A stretch of DNA of 64,000 bases from Ranitomeya imitator (taxonomy: Eukaryota), in assembly GCF_032444005.1 (NCBI RefSeq), contig NC_091288.1, positions 179,180,001 to 179,244,000 on the forward strand. The letters run 5' to 3'. Position 1 is the first letter of the stretch, and each line of letters opens with the position of its first letter. Both the position numbers and the translations under genes were made by a program. The notes below the pieces were generated by a model, which was not told where the DNA came from, searched no databases, and worked only from the letters and a program-made list of their open reading frames with translations. This document shows positions 1 to 13,254 of the stretch, piece by piece.

Positions 1-1686
1 GTATGAATGTCATGCCAGTAGCTCACACGCCTTCTCAACACCGTCCTACTCACTGTGTTTGCCTCTTTGTATCTCCCTATGTCAGACTGTCTCTCTGAGC
101 TGCCTCTTGCAATACTTCCAGCACTGTTGCTGTCTCCACCTGGCTATAGAGAAAATGGCCAGACTTTGCATGAGTTTAATCCTGCTGTGTCCTGCAGAGT
201 TTTGCTTCCCTGGCTTATCCCCTGCCAGCTGCGGATTAATTAGGCAGCTCCTCCCTCCACACCTTGCCTGAACTTAGGTTCTAGTATGCAGTCTGTTAAT
301 AGCTGCTGTGATTTTGGAGGTAAGTCCCAAAAAAATGCATGGCCAATGCATATTAATTTGAAAACAGTGCTGATATGAATTCATAGATCTGATCTGTTTT
401 CATTTGCATTGTGGCTAACACGTGTGTACTTACCCTAGTGCAATAGCAGGACTGGCTCCAGGTTTTTTTCAGTCCTTAAGGCAACAGAGTCTCAAGGGGG
501 CCCCTCCTCACGAGAATTTTCCTCCTCACCTCCCAATAACTATATTTTTTAAATTTTTCAATCAATAGGAAGTTGTATTACGGCTTGTTTTCTTTTTGCA
601 GCATAAACTTTAATTTTTATAATTTTTATTTAGGGGGCCATATAACTTTATGATGTTTTTTATTCTCTTTTTTTTTTGTCGGCAAAGGAAACGAAAAAGT
701 AGCGATTCTGCCATTTTGTTGTATTTACTGTTTTTTGTGTTTTCAACTTATGGAATAAATCTTATGATACAGTAGTTTATTAGATTGTACAGTTGTCTAC
801 ATGGTGAAATCAAACTTGAATTTTTTACATTTTCTTTTATATACTGTCTAAAAAAATGGAGGTGATTCAAACTTTTCCATGTTTTCTTTTTCTATATATG
901 TACAATATATAATATACTGTATGTACAATAATAATGTATTGCAATGTATTATAAAATTATTTATTTCATATAAAGCCCATGATGATGTAAAGAATGCATA
1001 ATTTAAATCACAATTACTCCACCCGCCCCCCCCACGAAAAAAAAAATTATCTAAAAAATATTGTGCAGTATACCTGGTAAATTCATTATTTGTACGTTTA
1101 TATTGTGAGAAGCCTGAATTATTATTTGAAGTTCCATATTATGTATCCCACCATTTATTTTCCTGAACCTCATAAAATGTATTTTATGCCAACTAGAATA
1201 TATAAAAAAACATACACTAAAAATATCCTGACCGCGGATGGATTTAATGCCCAAAAGTGCCATTATTATTCAAGACAACAATATTAATATACTTTTCTTA
1301 TAGTGGACATGTAGGAAGGTCCCGTGGGCATCAGTAAACCGCGTCCTTGTACTCACCTTTGGATGAATGATTATATATCTGGCATCAAACCCCAAACAGT
1401 ATGTGACAGAGGGAAAATAAGAGGATTCCTTTAGGGACTGCCTGCGTTAAATGGAATGTGTGCCATGTTAAACTAAGCGGAACAACTAAACTAACAAAAC
1501 AGGCTTGGCTTATGAATAATCCATCAATCGAAGGACAACATCTGCTTAGTATATGATGTCACTTAAATACTTTATAGGAAAAGCTGCTTGAAGGGCCAAA
1601 TGCACGGCTAACGCTAGATCCAGAAACTCCTCAATTTCATCATTCAATATACAGTGAGATTAATAGACACATATACTGTATATATA

Positions 1687-3128
1687 CTATATGGTGGTCC
1701 GATTCTAAAGCATCCGGTATTCTAGAACATGTATGTACGTCGCGCTGTGAGTGGGGGTTAAATTCCGCGCCAATATCGCTGATTGGTCGCAGCCAGCCGG
1801 GCGCGACTAATCAGCGAAGCGTGGTTGAAATCCTGCACCAATTCACGGCCGGACTGCGTTTTGCTGATTGATTGCGGTTGGCCGGGCACGACTAATCCCC
1901 AAAGCGGTGTTTAAATCCCATGGCAATATCGCTGATTGATCGCGGCTGGCCGCGTAGTATATAGCAAGCCACGTAGTATATAGCAGTATATAGCAGCCAC
2001 ATAGTATATAGCACAGCCATGTAGTATATAGCACAGCGATGTAGTATATAACACAGCCCATGCAGTAGATAGCACAGCCACGTAGTATATAGCACAGCCA
2101 TGTAGTATATTGCACAGCCACATAGTATATAGCACAGGCACATAGTATATAACACAGCAATGTAGTATATAGCAGCCACGCAGTATATAACAGCCCATGT
2201 AGTACATAGAACAGCGACATAAGATATACCAGCCACATAGTATATAACACAGACAGCCACTTAGTATATAGCAGTAACATAGTATATAGCAGCCACGTAA
2301 TATAAAGCAGCCACATAGTTTATAGCACAGCCACATAGTATATAGCACAGCACACGTAGTATATAGCACAGCGACATAATATATAGCAGCCACATAGTAT
2401 ATAACACAGACAGCCACGTAGTATATAGCAGTCACGTAGTATATAGCAGCCACATAATATATAGCAGCCACATAGTATATAGCACAGCCACGTAATATAT
2501 AGCACAACGATGTAGTATATAGCAGCCACATAGTATATGACACAGCCCAGGTAGTATATAGCCCAGTCACGTAGTATATACCAGCCACGAAGTATATAAC
2601 ACAGACAGCCACGTAGTATATAGCAGCCACGTAGTATATAGCAGCCACGTAATATATAGCAGCCACGATGTGGCTGGCAGCTTCCGTTTCAAAAGATGCA
2701 TTGCGAAATTACCCAGATGACGTAGCGGTCTTGCGAGACCGCTAAGTCATCTGGGTAATTTCGCAATGCATCTCTGGGAACGGAAGCTGGTGGCCGCATC
2801 GCGAGGAGCGGGAAAGCTGCGGAGGCGACGGAAGGTGAGAATAGCATGATTTTTTATTTTTTTTATTATTTTTACCATTATCTCTTTTTACTATTGATGC
2901 TGCATAGCCTGCATCAATAGTAAAAAGTTGGTCCGGGATGAGGCGACACACTGGCACTGACTGGAGGTGAGTAGGGAGGGGGCACTGACTGGAGGAGAGT
3001 AGGGAGCGGCCAATTCGCGGCCGGACTAAGCCTGTCGCTGCCGGCCGCGACCAATCAGCGATGCAGGATTTCCATTACAGACAGACAAACAGACAGACAG
3101 ACAAACAGACGGAAGTACCCCTTAGATG

Positions 3129-3137
<9 letters not shown>
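1687..3137 (-). mobile_element. Non-autonomous Helitron with internal minisatellite
   Basis: Minus-strand 3' end is a degenerate hairpin plus CTAG-like terminus (plus strand ctat-atggtggtccgattctaaagcatccgg), matching the cleaner copy at 49349. The 5' end (ggaagtaccccttagatgattatata) runs into (TA)n. Internal palindrome at 2678-2789. Confidence 0.8.
1950..2667. repeat. 17-22 bp minisatellite (gcagccacgtagtatata / gcacagccatgtagtatata)
   Basis: Directly visible tandem array; source of the Tyr/Ile/Cys-rich ORFs at 1843-2666. Confidence 0.95.
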
Positions 3138-3167
<30 letters not shown>

Positions 3168-3185
3168 TGGACTCACCTGCTCATA

Positions 3186-4215
3186 CAGTGGTTTTCTTTG
3201 TTCTTACTGGAACATGCACGATGTAGGTTCAGACTGAAAGCATTAAAACCACAAGGAGACACATATGAAAATAAGGCGCAAAGAAGAACGTATGAAACAA
3301 AGCAGAATATATGTTAAACCTTAGATTCCTCACAGTACCCCTTTTACTGTTTTGACAGCTTTATACACCCTTGCTATTCTGTCACATAGAAAGGCTTCCA
3401 ACAGTCTCTGTGGTCCAAATAATCCCACACCATCTCAACTGGGTTGAGGTTGGGTTATTTTCGAGGCCATATCATCTGATGCAGCACTCCATCCCTTTTA
3501 CTCTTGGTCAAACATCTCTTACATAGTCTGGAGGTATGTTTTGGTCACCTTTTCTGCATCTTACAAAGACATGACGGTTGATACCTAAATCTCTAATTTT
3601 GACTTATCAGATCAGAGTACAAATTTCACTAATCTAATTTTCAGTCATTTTGTTGGTTGGCCAAAACAAGTCTTTTCTTATTTTTGTGATCATCAGTGGT
3701 GGCTTCTTTCCAACAGTTAGACCATAAAGACCTACATATCACAATTTCCTCTGGCAGTTGATGTTAAGATCAATCAGCTATTTGATGTCAGTGCGTCATT
3801 TATAAGGGCTGTAGTCTTTTGTGCAGTCAAATTTCAGTTTCTGAGGCTGAGGTAACCTTTGGTTGTACTATCCAGGGGTGTTCCTCAAGAGAGTAAGTTT
3901 CTTCCTAGCAATTGATGGCTTTTATCACTGCACTTGAAGATACCTCCAAGATTCAAGCAATTTTCTGGATTAACTGATCTTCCTGCCTTAAATAATGATG
4001 GACTTTCTTTTCACTTAGTTGAGTGGTGCTTGCCATATTCTAGTCAGCTGTGGTATAGGGCTCAGCACTGTATGGAACTGTGTGCCAACACTGGCTCTGC
4101 AAAACAAAACATGATGGTTGCAAACACATTCTGAAGGCCAATGATTCCTCAAATGAATTGTTAACAAGGACACTAACACTGTCACAGAACTGGCAGGAAA
4201 ACTATATCAAGCTGC
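3186..4215 (-). pseudogene. Degenerate Tc1-like transposon relic
   Basis: Starts TA-CAGTGG. Minus-strand translation near 3420-3480 gives WPRK*PNLNPVEMVWD, resembling Tc1 [12 protein letters not shown]. Many stops. Right boundary approximate. Confidence 0.6.
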
Positions 4216-5806
4216 TTTGCCCTGCTTGCAAGTTATGAATATTTGAGTTTTTTTATGAACAACCAGGGTCTTACAGTATTGAAAGTCATATTTTCAGACT
4301 AGTGATGAAGTGGTGAATGAAACGCAATGTCTTACGTCACTGTGTGGTTACGGTAATATTTCAAAAATAGATATTGGTCAGATGGATGATGCTATCCATG
4401 CCATGTTTGATATTTATGGATTTATAAAATCATGATATTAAACATGACAGTAATATCTCACTCCTGGGACCTCCAGGGGTGAAGATATTGTGGATTTTTG
4501 GAATCCTATAATTTGTTAAAGACTGAGCCACATCCCCAATAATTTGCCTTGTAGTGGAACTGCCACAGACTCATTCATCATTCATCAGCCAATTGCATAA
4601 TTGTCCTGGCAATTGTAGGCAGTGGAGTGTTGTTCCTTGACATATTGGTAACAGCAGTAGAATCTGTGGGATCTCCCCTGCTGTTATTCCTTGGCTGGTA
4701 TAAAACACTTTCATGATAATCTTTCAATATAAACAGCCTCTTGATCACTTGATGAATGGGCAAAATGCTTTCTTCATCAAGTGAAATGGCCTTTTATGCA
4801 GCACCAAAGATAATCGTTCTCCGAGGTGCATCAATGACTCACACTACCAAGAACAATGGCAGCTTATGGACACTGAATGATCTATTACAGATTGTTTAGT
4901 GCACATAGTTTACTGCAGGTGGCCTGTGTAAACAGGCTATTAAACAACTGCCAATTAGTGGTTGATTAGTGCTGTCAGTTGGTCGGGGTAAACAGACCCT
5001 TATTTTGTAGCATTTTTTCCACACAAGCCTACATTTTTTGCACTATACTGTATATATCAAATTATGGTTGGAATTTACAATTTTTCCTGTTACAGATTGT
5101 TCAAAAGGTGTACATTTTAGGGTAACTTAATTTTTCACATTTTCGATAATTGATAATGTTATTCCTGCTATGCATCGAGTTATCATTCTAATGTCTTAAT
5201 ATGAGACCCAAGCAACCACCTTTGTGAACCTACAACAGTAGGAAAGATCCTCAACAAAGTAATATTAATTCCTTTATGCAGTTGATCATAATTGGAATTT
5301 ACTATCTGAATCATCATCCTACTCTAGCACTGTTACTGAGTGGTGGCTCCACTGTTATACACTATACAAAATATGTCTGACAGTATAGTGTCCTACTATG
5401 AAAGGCGTAGTTAGGAGTTCAGCTCTGGGGGCACAAAACATCGGAGGGAACCCATAACCAGTAGCCTGGATTACAACTTCTGTGGCGTACCCCAATTGTG
5501 GGTACACGGGAACCTCAGCAGATGACTGCACTGTTCTTGGAAATAAATCTCTATACTAAGACAGAGACTGATATGACCGCCCTATGGTGATCATATAGGG
5601 GTAGATACCAGTCCTGCAGAACATACAAGTGATCACAGTACAGTTATAGAATTGACTTACAGCTGACATTCCATCTGATGGTATCGTTCACTTTTCCCAT
5701 CTTTTCCATCTGTCCCAGACCAATATGACAACTTCTTCCAGCCAGGACATCTTAACATTTAATTATGTCCCCTGAGACTTCCAATACACAGCAGTAATGT
5801 TTTCAT

Positions 5807-6054
5807 GGCCGGTCACAACATTTTAGAAAGTTCGGCCTAACCCGACGGACCCGAACATCCATGGGTCCAACCATTGCTCTTATAGATCCATCCAATGTAA
5901 ACATACGCATGCTGCGATTTTTTTCAAGTCCGATCGTGATCCGATCCGAGCTGGAAAAAAAACGAGGATTAACACACATTGATGGAATAACATTGATCCG
6001 AATGCAATCCGATTTTTGGATACATCTGATTTCATTGTAAGTGAGCATGAGCCC
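5807..6054. mobile_element. Degenerate PIF/Harbinger-like MITE
   Basis: Right end gtgagcatgagccc-TTA; left end degenerate; internal ggatc/cgat palindromic motifs. Confidence 0.4.
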
Positions 6055-7123
6055 TTACTGTTTGCACTTTAAAATAGTCACAGCTTCTTTATTCATAGCT
6101 TTATCAAGGTTTATACAGGGCTGTAACTACAATGGGTGAAGAGCTTGTGGTCAAACCAGATCACTAGAGGCCAAGGACCTCCTTATAAAAGGGACCTCCT
6201 TATAAAAAGGTCAGAATTATACATAATGTATAATAGTTATGGGTTTCATGAGTCATACAGAATTTTTTTTAACACTGAGTTCAATGAACACATGTACGGT
6301 AATTAATCTTGTAAGACAAGTTATCAAAAATGCCATATAATTTTGGAAACAATTTATATTATCTTGTTCCCTTTAGCACACCCTTATTTTCCTAAATACC
6401 TTGTGTTTCACGTAGTGTTAGCTGAACAGGTGGCTGTCTTCATTTGTCATAATTACAGTTAGTATAAAGTCCTTGGCTGGCATTAATATACCGAGTAATA
6501 GAGCTGTGATCAGTGGGGAACCTACTATAATATTAAAACAAACGACAATTAATATTTCAAAAATCAAATGTAAAATCTCCGGGTGTTCATGTATCTAGTT
6601 CTCAAATATTATTTAAACCTAGTGCTGTAAATGGCTGTAAATGATAAGCTGCTCTCAGTTCTATGGTTATAAGAAGAAAAACTAACAACGATATCATATT
6701 CAACAGAACAGTTTGATTCAAATATATATATTTTTTTATTCTAAAATTAGGATTCATAGATAGCTGGGCTTGCTGATAGAGACGATGTTAGTTGTTATAA
6801 TTGGTTTCCTTTTTGGTCAGCTGATCTTACATTCTATTCTAGAATGTTTTTTCAAGTTGAAATTATGGTGATTTATAAATCCACCTAATATAAAAAATGA
6901 CCTGATAAAGATCCATAAAAAATTTGCAACCACCTTATTGTATATGAAATTGCCAATGCTTTTATATAACCAGTCCACTAGCGGTTTCCATCCCATTTAC
7001 AGACAGCGTTCTCTAAAAACCTTATACCTTAAATAGTTAACATTAGTGATGAGCTGATTGATCACTGATTGATCATCAGTGGATCGAGATCAGGTCAAAT
7101 TTCCTGAAACTTGTGGTTCCAAG

Positions 7124-7898
7124 TAGTGTTGAGCGATACCGTCCGATACTTGAAAGTATCGGTATCGGATAGTATCGGCCGATACCCGAAAAATATCGGA
7201 TATCGCCGATACCGATATCCGATACCAATACAAGTCAATGGGACATCAAGTATCGGAATGTATCCTCATGGATCCCAGGGTCTGAAGGAGAGGAAACTCT
7301 CCTTCAGGCCCTGGGATCCATATTAAAGTGTAAAATAAAGAATTAAAATAAAAAATATTGTTATATTCACCTCTCCGGCGGCCCCTGGACATCAGCGGGA
7401 GGATCCGGCGTCCGGCACGGCTTCTTTCTTCAAAATGCGCGCCTTCAGGACCTGTGGAATGACGTCCCGGCTTCTGATTGGTCGCGTGCCGCCCATGTGA
7501 CCGCCACGCGACCAATCAGAAGCCGCGACGTCATTCCTCAGGTCCTAGAAGGCGCTCATTCTAGGACTTTAGCTGAGGAATGACGTCGCGGCTTCTGATT
7601 GGTCGCGTGGCGGTCACATGGGCGGCACGCGACCAATCAGAAGCCGGGACGTCATTCCACAGGTCCTGAAGGCGCGCATTTTGAAGAAAGAAGCCGTGCC
7701 GGACGCCGGATCCTCCCGCTGATGTCCAGGGGCCGCCGGAGAGGTGAATATAACAATATTTTTTATTTTAATTCTTTATTTTACACTTCCGATACCGATA
7801 CCCGATATCACAAAAATATCGGATCTCGGTATCGGAATTCCGATACCGCAAGTATCGGCCGATACCCGATACTTGCGGTATCGGAATGCTCAACACTA
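7124..7898. mobile_element. hAT-family MITE with 8-bp TSD and internal 463-bp palindrome
   Basis: TIR TAGTGTTGAGC/GCTCAACACTA; TSD GTTCCAAG at 7116-7123 and 7899-7906; subterminal CCGATA/TATCGG arrays; internal inverted arms 7326-7541 and 7573-7788. Confidence 0.95.
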
Positions 7899-8402
7899 GT
7901 TCCAAGCGAATTTGAACACTTTGAGAATCGGATCTCGGAACTCAACATAAATCAAAAACTTGCCAGGAATGAAGCATCATAGAGTTGGCTGATGCTTTTT
8001 TGCGTGGCCGTGCTAGCTTCCCTATAATACACTGCAGGTATGATATGTTAAGGGAATCTCATGCCCAATCAAGTTAATATGAAATATTCTTCATTAGTAC
8101 AAAAAATATAAGATAAAAAATATTTTAAAAAAGGGAAAACATATACAAAGATTACTACACATCTCAGGACAGTAACAAATGGGCCTTCCAACAGACAGCT
8201 TATACAAGGCACCAAATAATTAAATACATCTGGCTGATACAATGTAAGAACACAGCATAAACATAGTGTATGTTAAATAGGCAATTTGATACAACCTGAG
8301 TAGCACTGGCCCCAACGCGCGTTTCGCATCCGGCTTCTTCCTTGGGGGGATAAGTATAGCTTGGAAGTGCTCCTTGTTGGGTCATTATTTTTGGTTTATA
8401 TT

Positions 8403-8512
8403 TAGTGATGAGCGAGTGTACTCATTGCTCGGGTGATCTCCGAGTATTTGTTAGTTTTCGGAGATTTCGTTTTCATAGCGGCAGCTGAATGATTATACTA
8501 TGCTCATCACTA
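8403..8512. mobile_element. Short hAT MITE derivative
   Basis: TIRs TAGTGATGAGC/GCTCATCACTA 110 bp apart; no clean TSD. Confidence 0.7.
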
Positions 8513-9188
8513 TATTATATATTGCGGATTATCATACCTTGTACAGTGATGGTCAGTACCTGGGCAATTACAGATCAGTGCTTCCCAATGGAGCACAGTT
8601 TGTAGAGCAGATTTACTTTTCATCTCCAGAGTCAGTTCTCTCTCCTGTAGAGCGTCAGCTCTCATGGTCAGCATTTGGTCAAATTCCCAGCACATGCCTG
8701 GATTGTTGGATATAAAATGTATAATATTGTTGTAGGTTAGATTTCACATGATTCAAAGGAGATCATTCAATGTATCAATTGACATAATTTAAAGCTTTAT
8801 CAGACATCAGACTATATTATGACGTTTTGACGCTCCCAGATCTTGGTGGTCACAACATCACAGCATACTTGTGGATAAAAGGTTAGAATGGTGTAGGTAG
8901 TTCAGAGGCTACAGATGTGTGTTACATGCACAGGTTGCAGCATCAGGTGGACATTTTATGTTCAAGAATCCAGGAGTGTGCAATAAATTTGCCTAGATTT
9001 ATTAAGGGTCCCACCCTAATCTACTAGTACCTCCGAACAGTACAAAGCAAGAGCACTCCACTTACTTCCATTCTTATGGTGAGCAGACAGCATCTGACTG
9101 GGATGCCATGGGCCCACCAGTAACACTAACTTTGTGGGCCCACAGTTCATCAACATTCATTTTGATTCTTCTGAATTTCTTTTAGTCT

Positions 9189-9229
9189 TTGCCTGATGTA
9201 GAGACCTGTGTAGTCTCGAAAGCTTGCAA
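9189..9229 (+). ncRNA. Minimal type-I hammerhead-like motif (A9 mutated) in a Penelope-like tail
   Basis: TTGC-CTGATGT-A-GAGAC(ctgtgta)GTCTC-GAAA-GC-TT-GCAA: helix I TTGC/GCAA, helix II 5 bp, palindromic AAGCTT helix III. Confidence 0.55.
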
Positions 9230-10849
9230 TTTGTTACCATCTTTTCAGTTAGCCATTAAAACTTATCAACCACTGAGGACTCTCAATTCTAAATATTTTT
9301 CCAACTGAATGATGAAATGCTTCACTTGTCGGTAAATAGAAAATCAAATATTTTGTGCCAGCTACTGTCATGTTGTGTAGGCTAAGAAACCCATTCATGC
9401 AAAGAGGTCCACCAGAGATTCACCTGTTGTCCGGTGCGACAATCTGAGCCTGTCAGTAGGGTCCTCTCTTTGTCTTTCTTTCTGCTGTAGAGAGTAATCC
9501 CTCGTGTTCAGCAAGGTCTTTGTCCTGTAGAGTTTAAGCTCTTATGATCAGCTGGGTCCTCCCTCTCTTTCCTCTCCCCCACGAATATATTCTGAGTAAT
9601 TGCAATCTTCCAGATTTGAGATTCATGGAAATCGACTTGCAGAAAATTAATTTTGGGTGGAAAATTGGTGAAGCAAAATCAAATTTCTGTCTGTATTTTC
9701 AGACAACTTGTTATAATTTACTAAAGAATGTGATAAATAGAAAATATATCACTTCACTAAACAATTATGTTGCCTTACCCCTGAAAATTCACTCCAAACT
9801 GGCCATCCACTGGGTCTTTCTACTAATTTGCTGTCACTCCACGTGGTCAAATGTAATCCATTCCAAGCAGCAGAGACACTAAAATTGATTACAGGAAGTG
9901 GGGGGCGAGTTATTGTGTCTATGCTCTTGCTCTCCTGTCTGTCATACTGGAAAAAAGGCATTAAAAAGAGGTGAGCTTTCATTTCTGTTCAGGGCAGGCA
10001 ATCCAATGGACAATGTTGGGTGCAGTGCATGGTATGAATTTAAGGAATGAAGTATCAGATCCTATAGTGACTGATTGCCAAAATATCACATCGGACTTGA
10101 TGGCAAGTTTCATGAACTGAAAAAGTTCCTGGACATATATTAGACTGGTATTTGTACCAAAAGTAGCTTTAACAATTGTCAGTGATAAGTGCCCCAAAAC
10201 AGGATTTTCACCAGGTTTGTTTTGTAAAATGACAAGTACTCATTAAAGTTGTTAATGGCTGCCCACTGCTAGTTGTATAGAGTATGCAGTAAAAAAAAAA
10301 CAATACACAGAAAAACTAAGTACATCCCATTGTTTTATATATCAGGATGTAATAACAGAGATCTCGTTTTTAGAAGGTCTTAAAATTAGGTACATAAAAC
10401 TTCCAATGAACAACACATGACAAATTGCACAATGTTATTATTTATTTACACTACTCAACATTGAAAGTGCAAACCTGCCTGGCGCCAGCACTTAACTTAA
10501 CACTGCAGGGAGAAAATTAACTTTATTCCCCCCTCAGTAGCGAGTTTTAGCCATGGGAGCAGTGCCAGCACGGGTCCAGTCATCGCTCTCAGTATACAAA
10601 GTGGAAGCTGTATCCGCGCTCCCCACACTGACTGACAGCCAGCCCCAATGCAGAGCCAGTGTCAGTCAGTGCCAGGGGCACAGTTACAGACACCATCTCT
10701 ATACACAGCGTGGTGACTGAACCCCCCCCCAGTGCCGCCTCGATAACTGCAACCCGAATGCTGCCAGCAGGAATAAAATTAATTTGTAATAATCCCACCC
10801 ATCTTGGGCACCATGCTATAATATTTTCTCCCATCCTGGGCTTTTTTCT

Positions 10850-11008
10850 GGTATAGTGTGCCCCATCCTGGTATAGTGGTCCGCATCCTGGTATAATGTC
10901 CCCTTATGGTAAAATGTCCTCATCCTGGTATAATGTCCCACATCCTGGTATAATATCCCACATCCTGGTAAAATGTCCCCCACTTAGGTATAATGTCCCC
11001 CATCCTGT
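10850..11008. repeat. ~20-bp minisatellite (cccatcctggtataatgt) inside a degenerate hAT-like MITE (~10470-12140)
   Basis: Tandem units visible; TIR-like ctaaacccctg ends at 12140; left end unclear. Confidence 0.6.
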
Positions 11009-11206
11009 TCCCTTTCTGCTCTTCTCCAGCATATTATAAAAAGAAACAAACAATTCTATTCATCTACCCCAGCTGCCATGCTGCGCAGCATCCTCTTCTA
11101 TAGCCGGCAGAGAAGCTGGTGGCTGACTTTGGCATGCAAGTATGGGCAGTGCATGACATCACTGCCATGTGCCGTGTGTCACTGGCAAGCCAATATCCCT
11201 ACACCA

Positions 11207-12005
11207 AGTTAGGAGTTGAGTTCCCACCGCTGTACAATGGGAATCTCAAGCCATGTCTGCTGCGGTCTCCCATTTTACTTCTGCCACAGTGGAGCCTGCT
11301 CAGCGGAGACGTCGGTCCCAGCGTCTCACTCAGCCTGATACTGTGCAAAGGGTTACTGCTGCCTTTCCAGGTTCTGCTTTTGTAGCCAGCACTGGTCAGC
11401 GGCGTGCAGGCTTTTCTGGGACTAAGTCCTGCTTTGCACACACTGAGCATGCCCACAGGAGGACCTCTCATTGGAGGTCTGGGGTCACACACTCAGGCCC
11501 TGTAGCAGCTCCTATTGGACCACTTGGAAGGTCCTTGTCTGCTACAGCTATAAAAGGTTCGCATGGCCGTACGGCCATGCGCTAGTATCAAACCAAAGTC
11601 TATGAGCTCAGCGCCAGTGTGGTCATGTCTGAATGTGGTTAGGGTTTGGCTGAAATAAGCCCCTAGAATACCGGCACCTTTGGTGAGGAGTTTGTATGTG
11701 TGTATCCAGGGCCTTGGCTGAAATAAGCCGCTAGAATACCGGCACCTCCGGTGAGGTGTTTCTCTGACTGCATGACCACAGTTTTGCTCTGTTTGGTAGC
11801 TGTGTACCTCTGTGAGGTTAACAGGGCACAGCATCTTGTTTCTAGCGAATCTGTGGAGTTAACAGAGTTTGCTTTTACCGCCATATAGCGCTGCCATTTG
11901 CCAGCATCAGGTTCCTCTCCTGCACGGTGGACCCCGGGTTGTGAACACACCTATTAATACATATATATATATATATATACTCGGTGCGTTCCGCCAACCC
12001 TAACA
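11207..12005 (+). mobile_element. Ty3/Gypsy solo LTR (family copy 1)
   Basis: (A)GTTAGG...CCCTAACA; 5-bp TSD CACCA (11202-11206, 12006-12010); TATAAAA at ~11549; homologous to 46224-46935 and 56522-57311. Confidence 0.9.
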
Positions 12006-13254
12006 CACCATAATACATTTCACTTGAATTTATGCATCCAAGGATAAACATTCAGGTGAAAATGGCGCGGGCGGCGGGCCCCCTCTTGCACACGCTCAGT
12101 TGCAGTCGCACCCTCTGCAACTGCAATCGCTAAACCCCTGGAAAGTAGCATCCAGGTGCTGATAATCAAATCCCTTTGAATACTTATTCATCAACAAGTT
12201 GGACCGCGTCTAACGGCAGAGGTTTTCTCAGTTTGCTGGTATGGAGCACTCAGGCGTGTGTTACCACAATGCCAAGGAGGAAAGTCTTCAGCAATAATCT
12301 AAGAGAACTAATTGATGCTGGGAATGCTTCAACAATTTGAAGTCCATCATTTTACTGTAAGAAACATTATATACAAGTAGAAAACATTCAAATCAGTTGG
12401 CAATCTTCTCAAGAGAGGAGGTCAGACCAAAATCACCACAATGCTCAGAAATATTGCACAAAGAACAAAAGCTTTGGCCTTAGTCTTTGCCTAGAAAAAA
12501 ATGCTGGAATTTTATGGAATGTTCTGCTGGGGTCTTTTGGAATTCTTTTTGCTGCTTGGAGAGGAAAATGGCTGTGCACAAGTTGTAGTGAGCTGATTTA
12601 TTATCTTTATTTTATAAAAGCTTCAGAATACAATGCTCAGAAATGCTGCAAAAAAAAAAAAAGAAAAGCTTCAGCTCAGACGCTAGTTAGCAAATTATAT
12701 GTTTCAGTTCAAGACAATACAATTAGAAAAAGACTGAACAATTGAGGTTTATTTGGAAGGGTTGATAGGAGAAAGCCATTTCTTTCTAAAAAAATAAAAA
12801 CATGGCAGCACGACTTACATTTGCAAGTTGCATCTGTACAAAGACAACTTTCTGGAACAATGTCCTTTGAACAACTCAGAAGATAGAGAAGTCTGGTCAT
12901 AATGTCCCTTTGGTGAAACAGATCATAACATCTCAAACACCTCATTTCAATAAGTCACAATAGTTGAGGGGTGATGATTGGGCTTGTTTTGTAGCCATAG
13001 GTTCTGGGCAACTTGCAATCTTTGAGTTGATGTTGAACTTTTGGGTAAGTTAAAGTGTTTTAGAGTAAAAATTGACGCCATCTATCTAAAAGCTAAAGCT
13101 TGGCCAAAACCGGGGCATACAATAGGACCGTGTTCCCAAGCGTACCTACATTAGAATGGCTGGAAAAAAAATCAGAATCAAGGTATTGCAATGGCCTTGT
13201 CTAAATTCAGACCTCAACTAAATTGAAATGATATGGTGGATTGTTAAAGATCTG

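Noticed and set aside
1-325. Possible first exon ending at GAG|gtaagt (319) with a short MQSVNSCCDFG frame
   Set aside because: Only a donor site supports it, its phase does not link directly to the best downstream chain, and no homology is recognised.
1843-2666. Tyr/Cys/Ile-rich ORFs (also 49367-50182)
   Set aside because: Helitron minisatellite translations.
7246-7982. Two ORFs with identical N-termini on opposite strands
   Set aside because: Artefact of the MITE internal palindrome.
8310-8348. Minus-strand hammerhead-like remnant (...GCGAAACGCGCGTTGGGG)
   Set aside because: GAAA and helix III are present but the CUGANGA core is unrecognisable (CAAGGAAGA); at most a dead PLE-tail copy.
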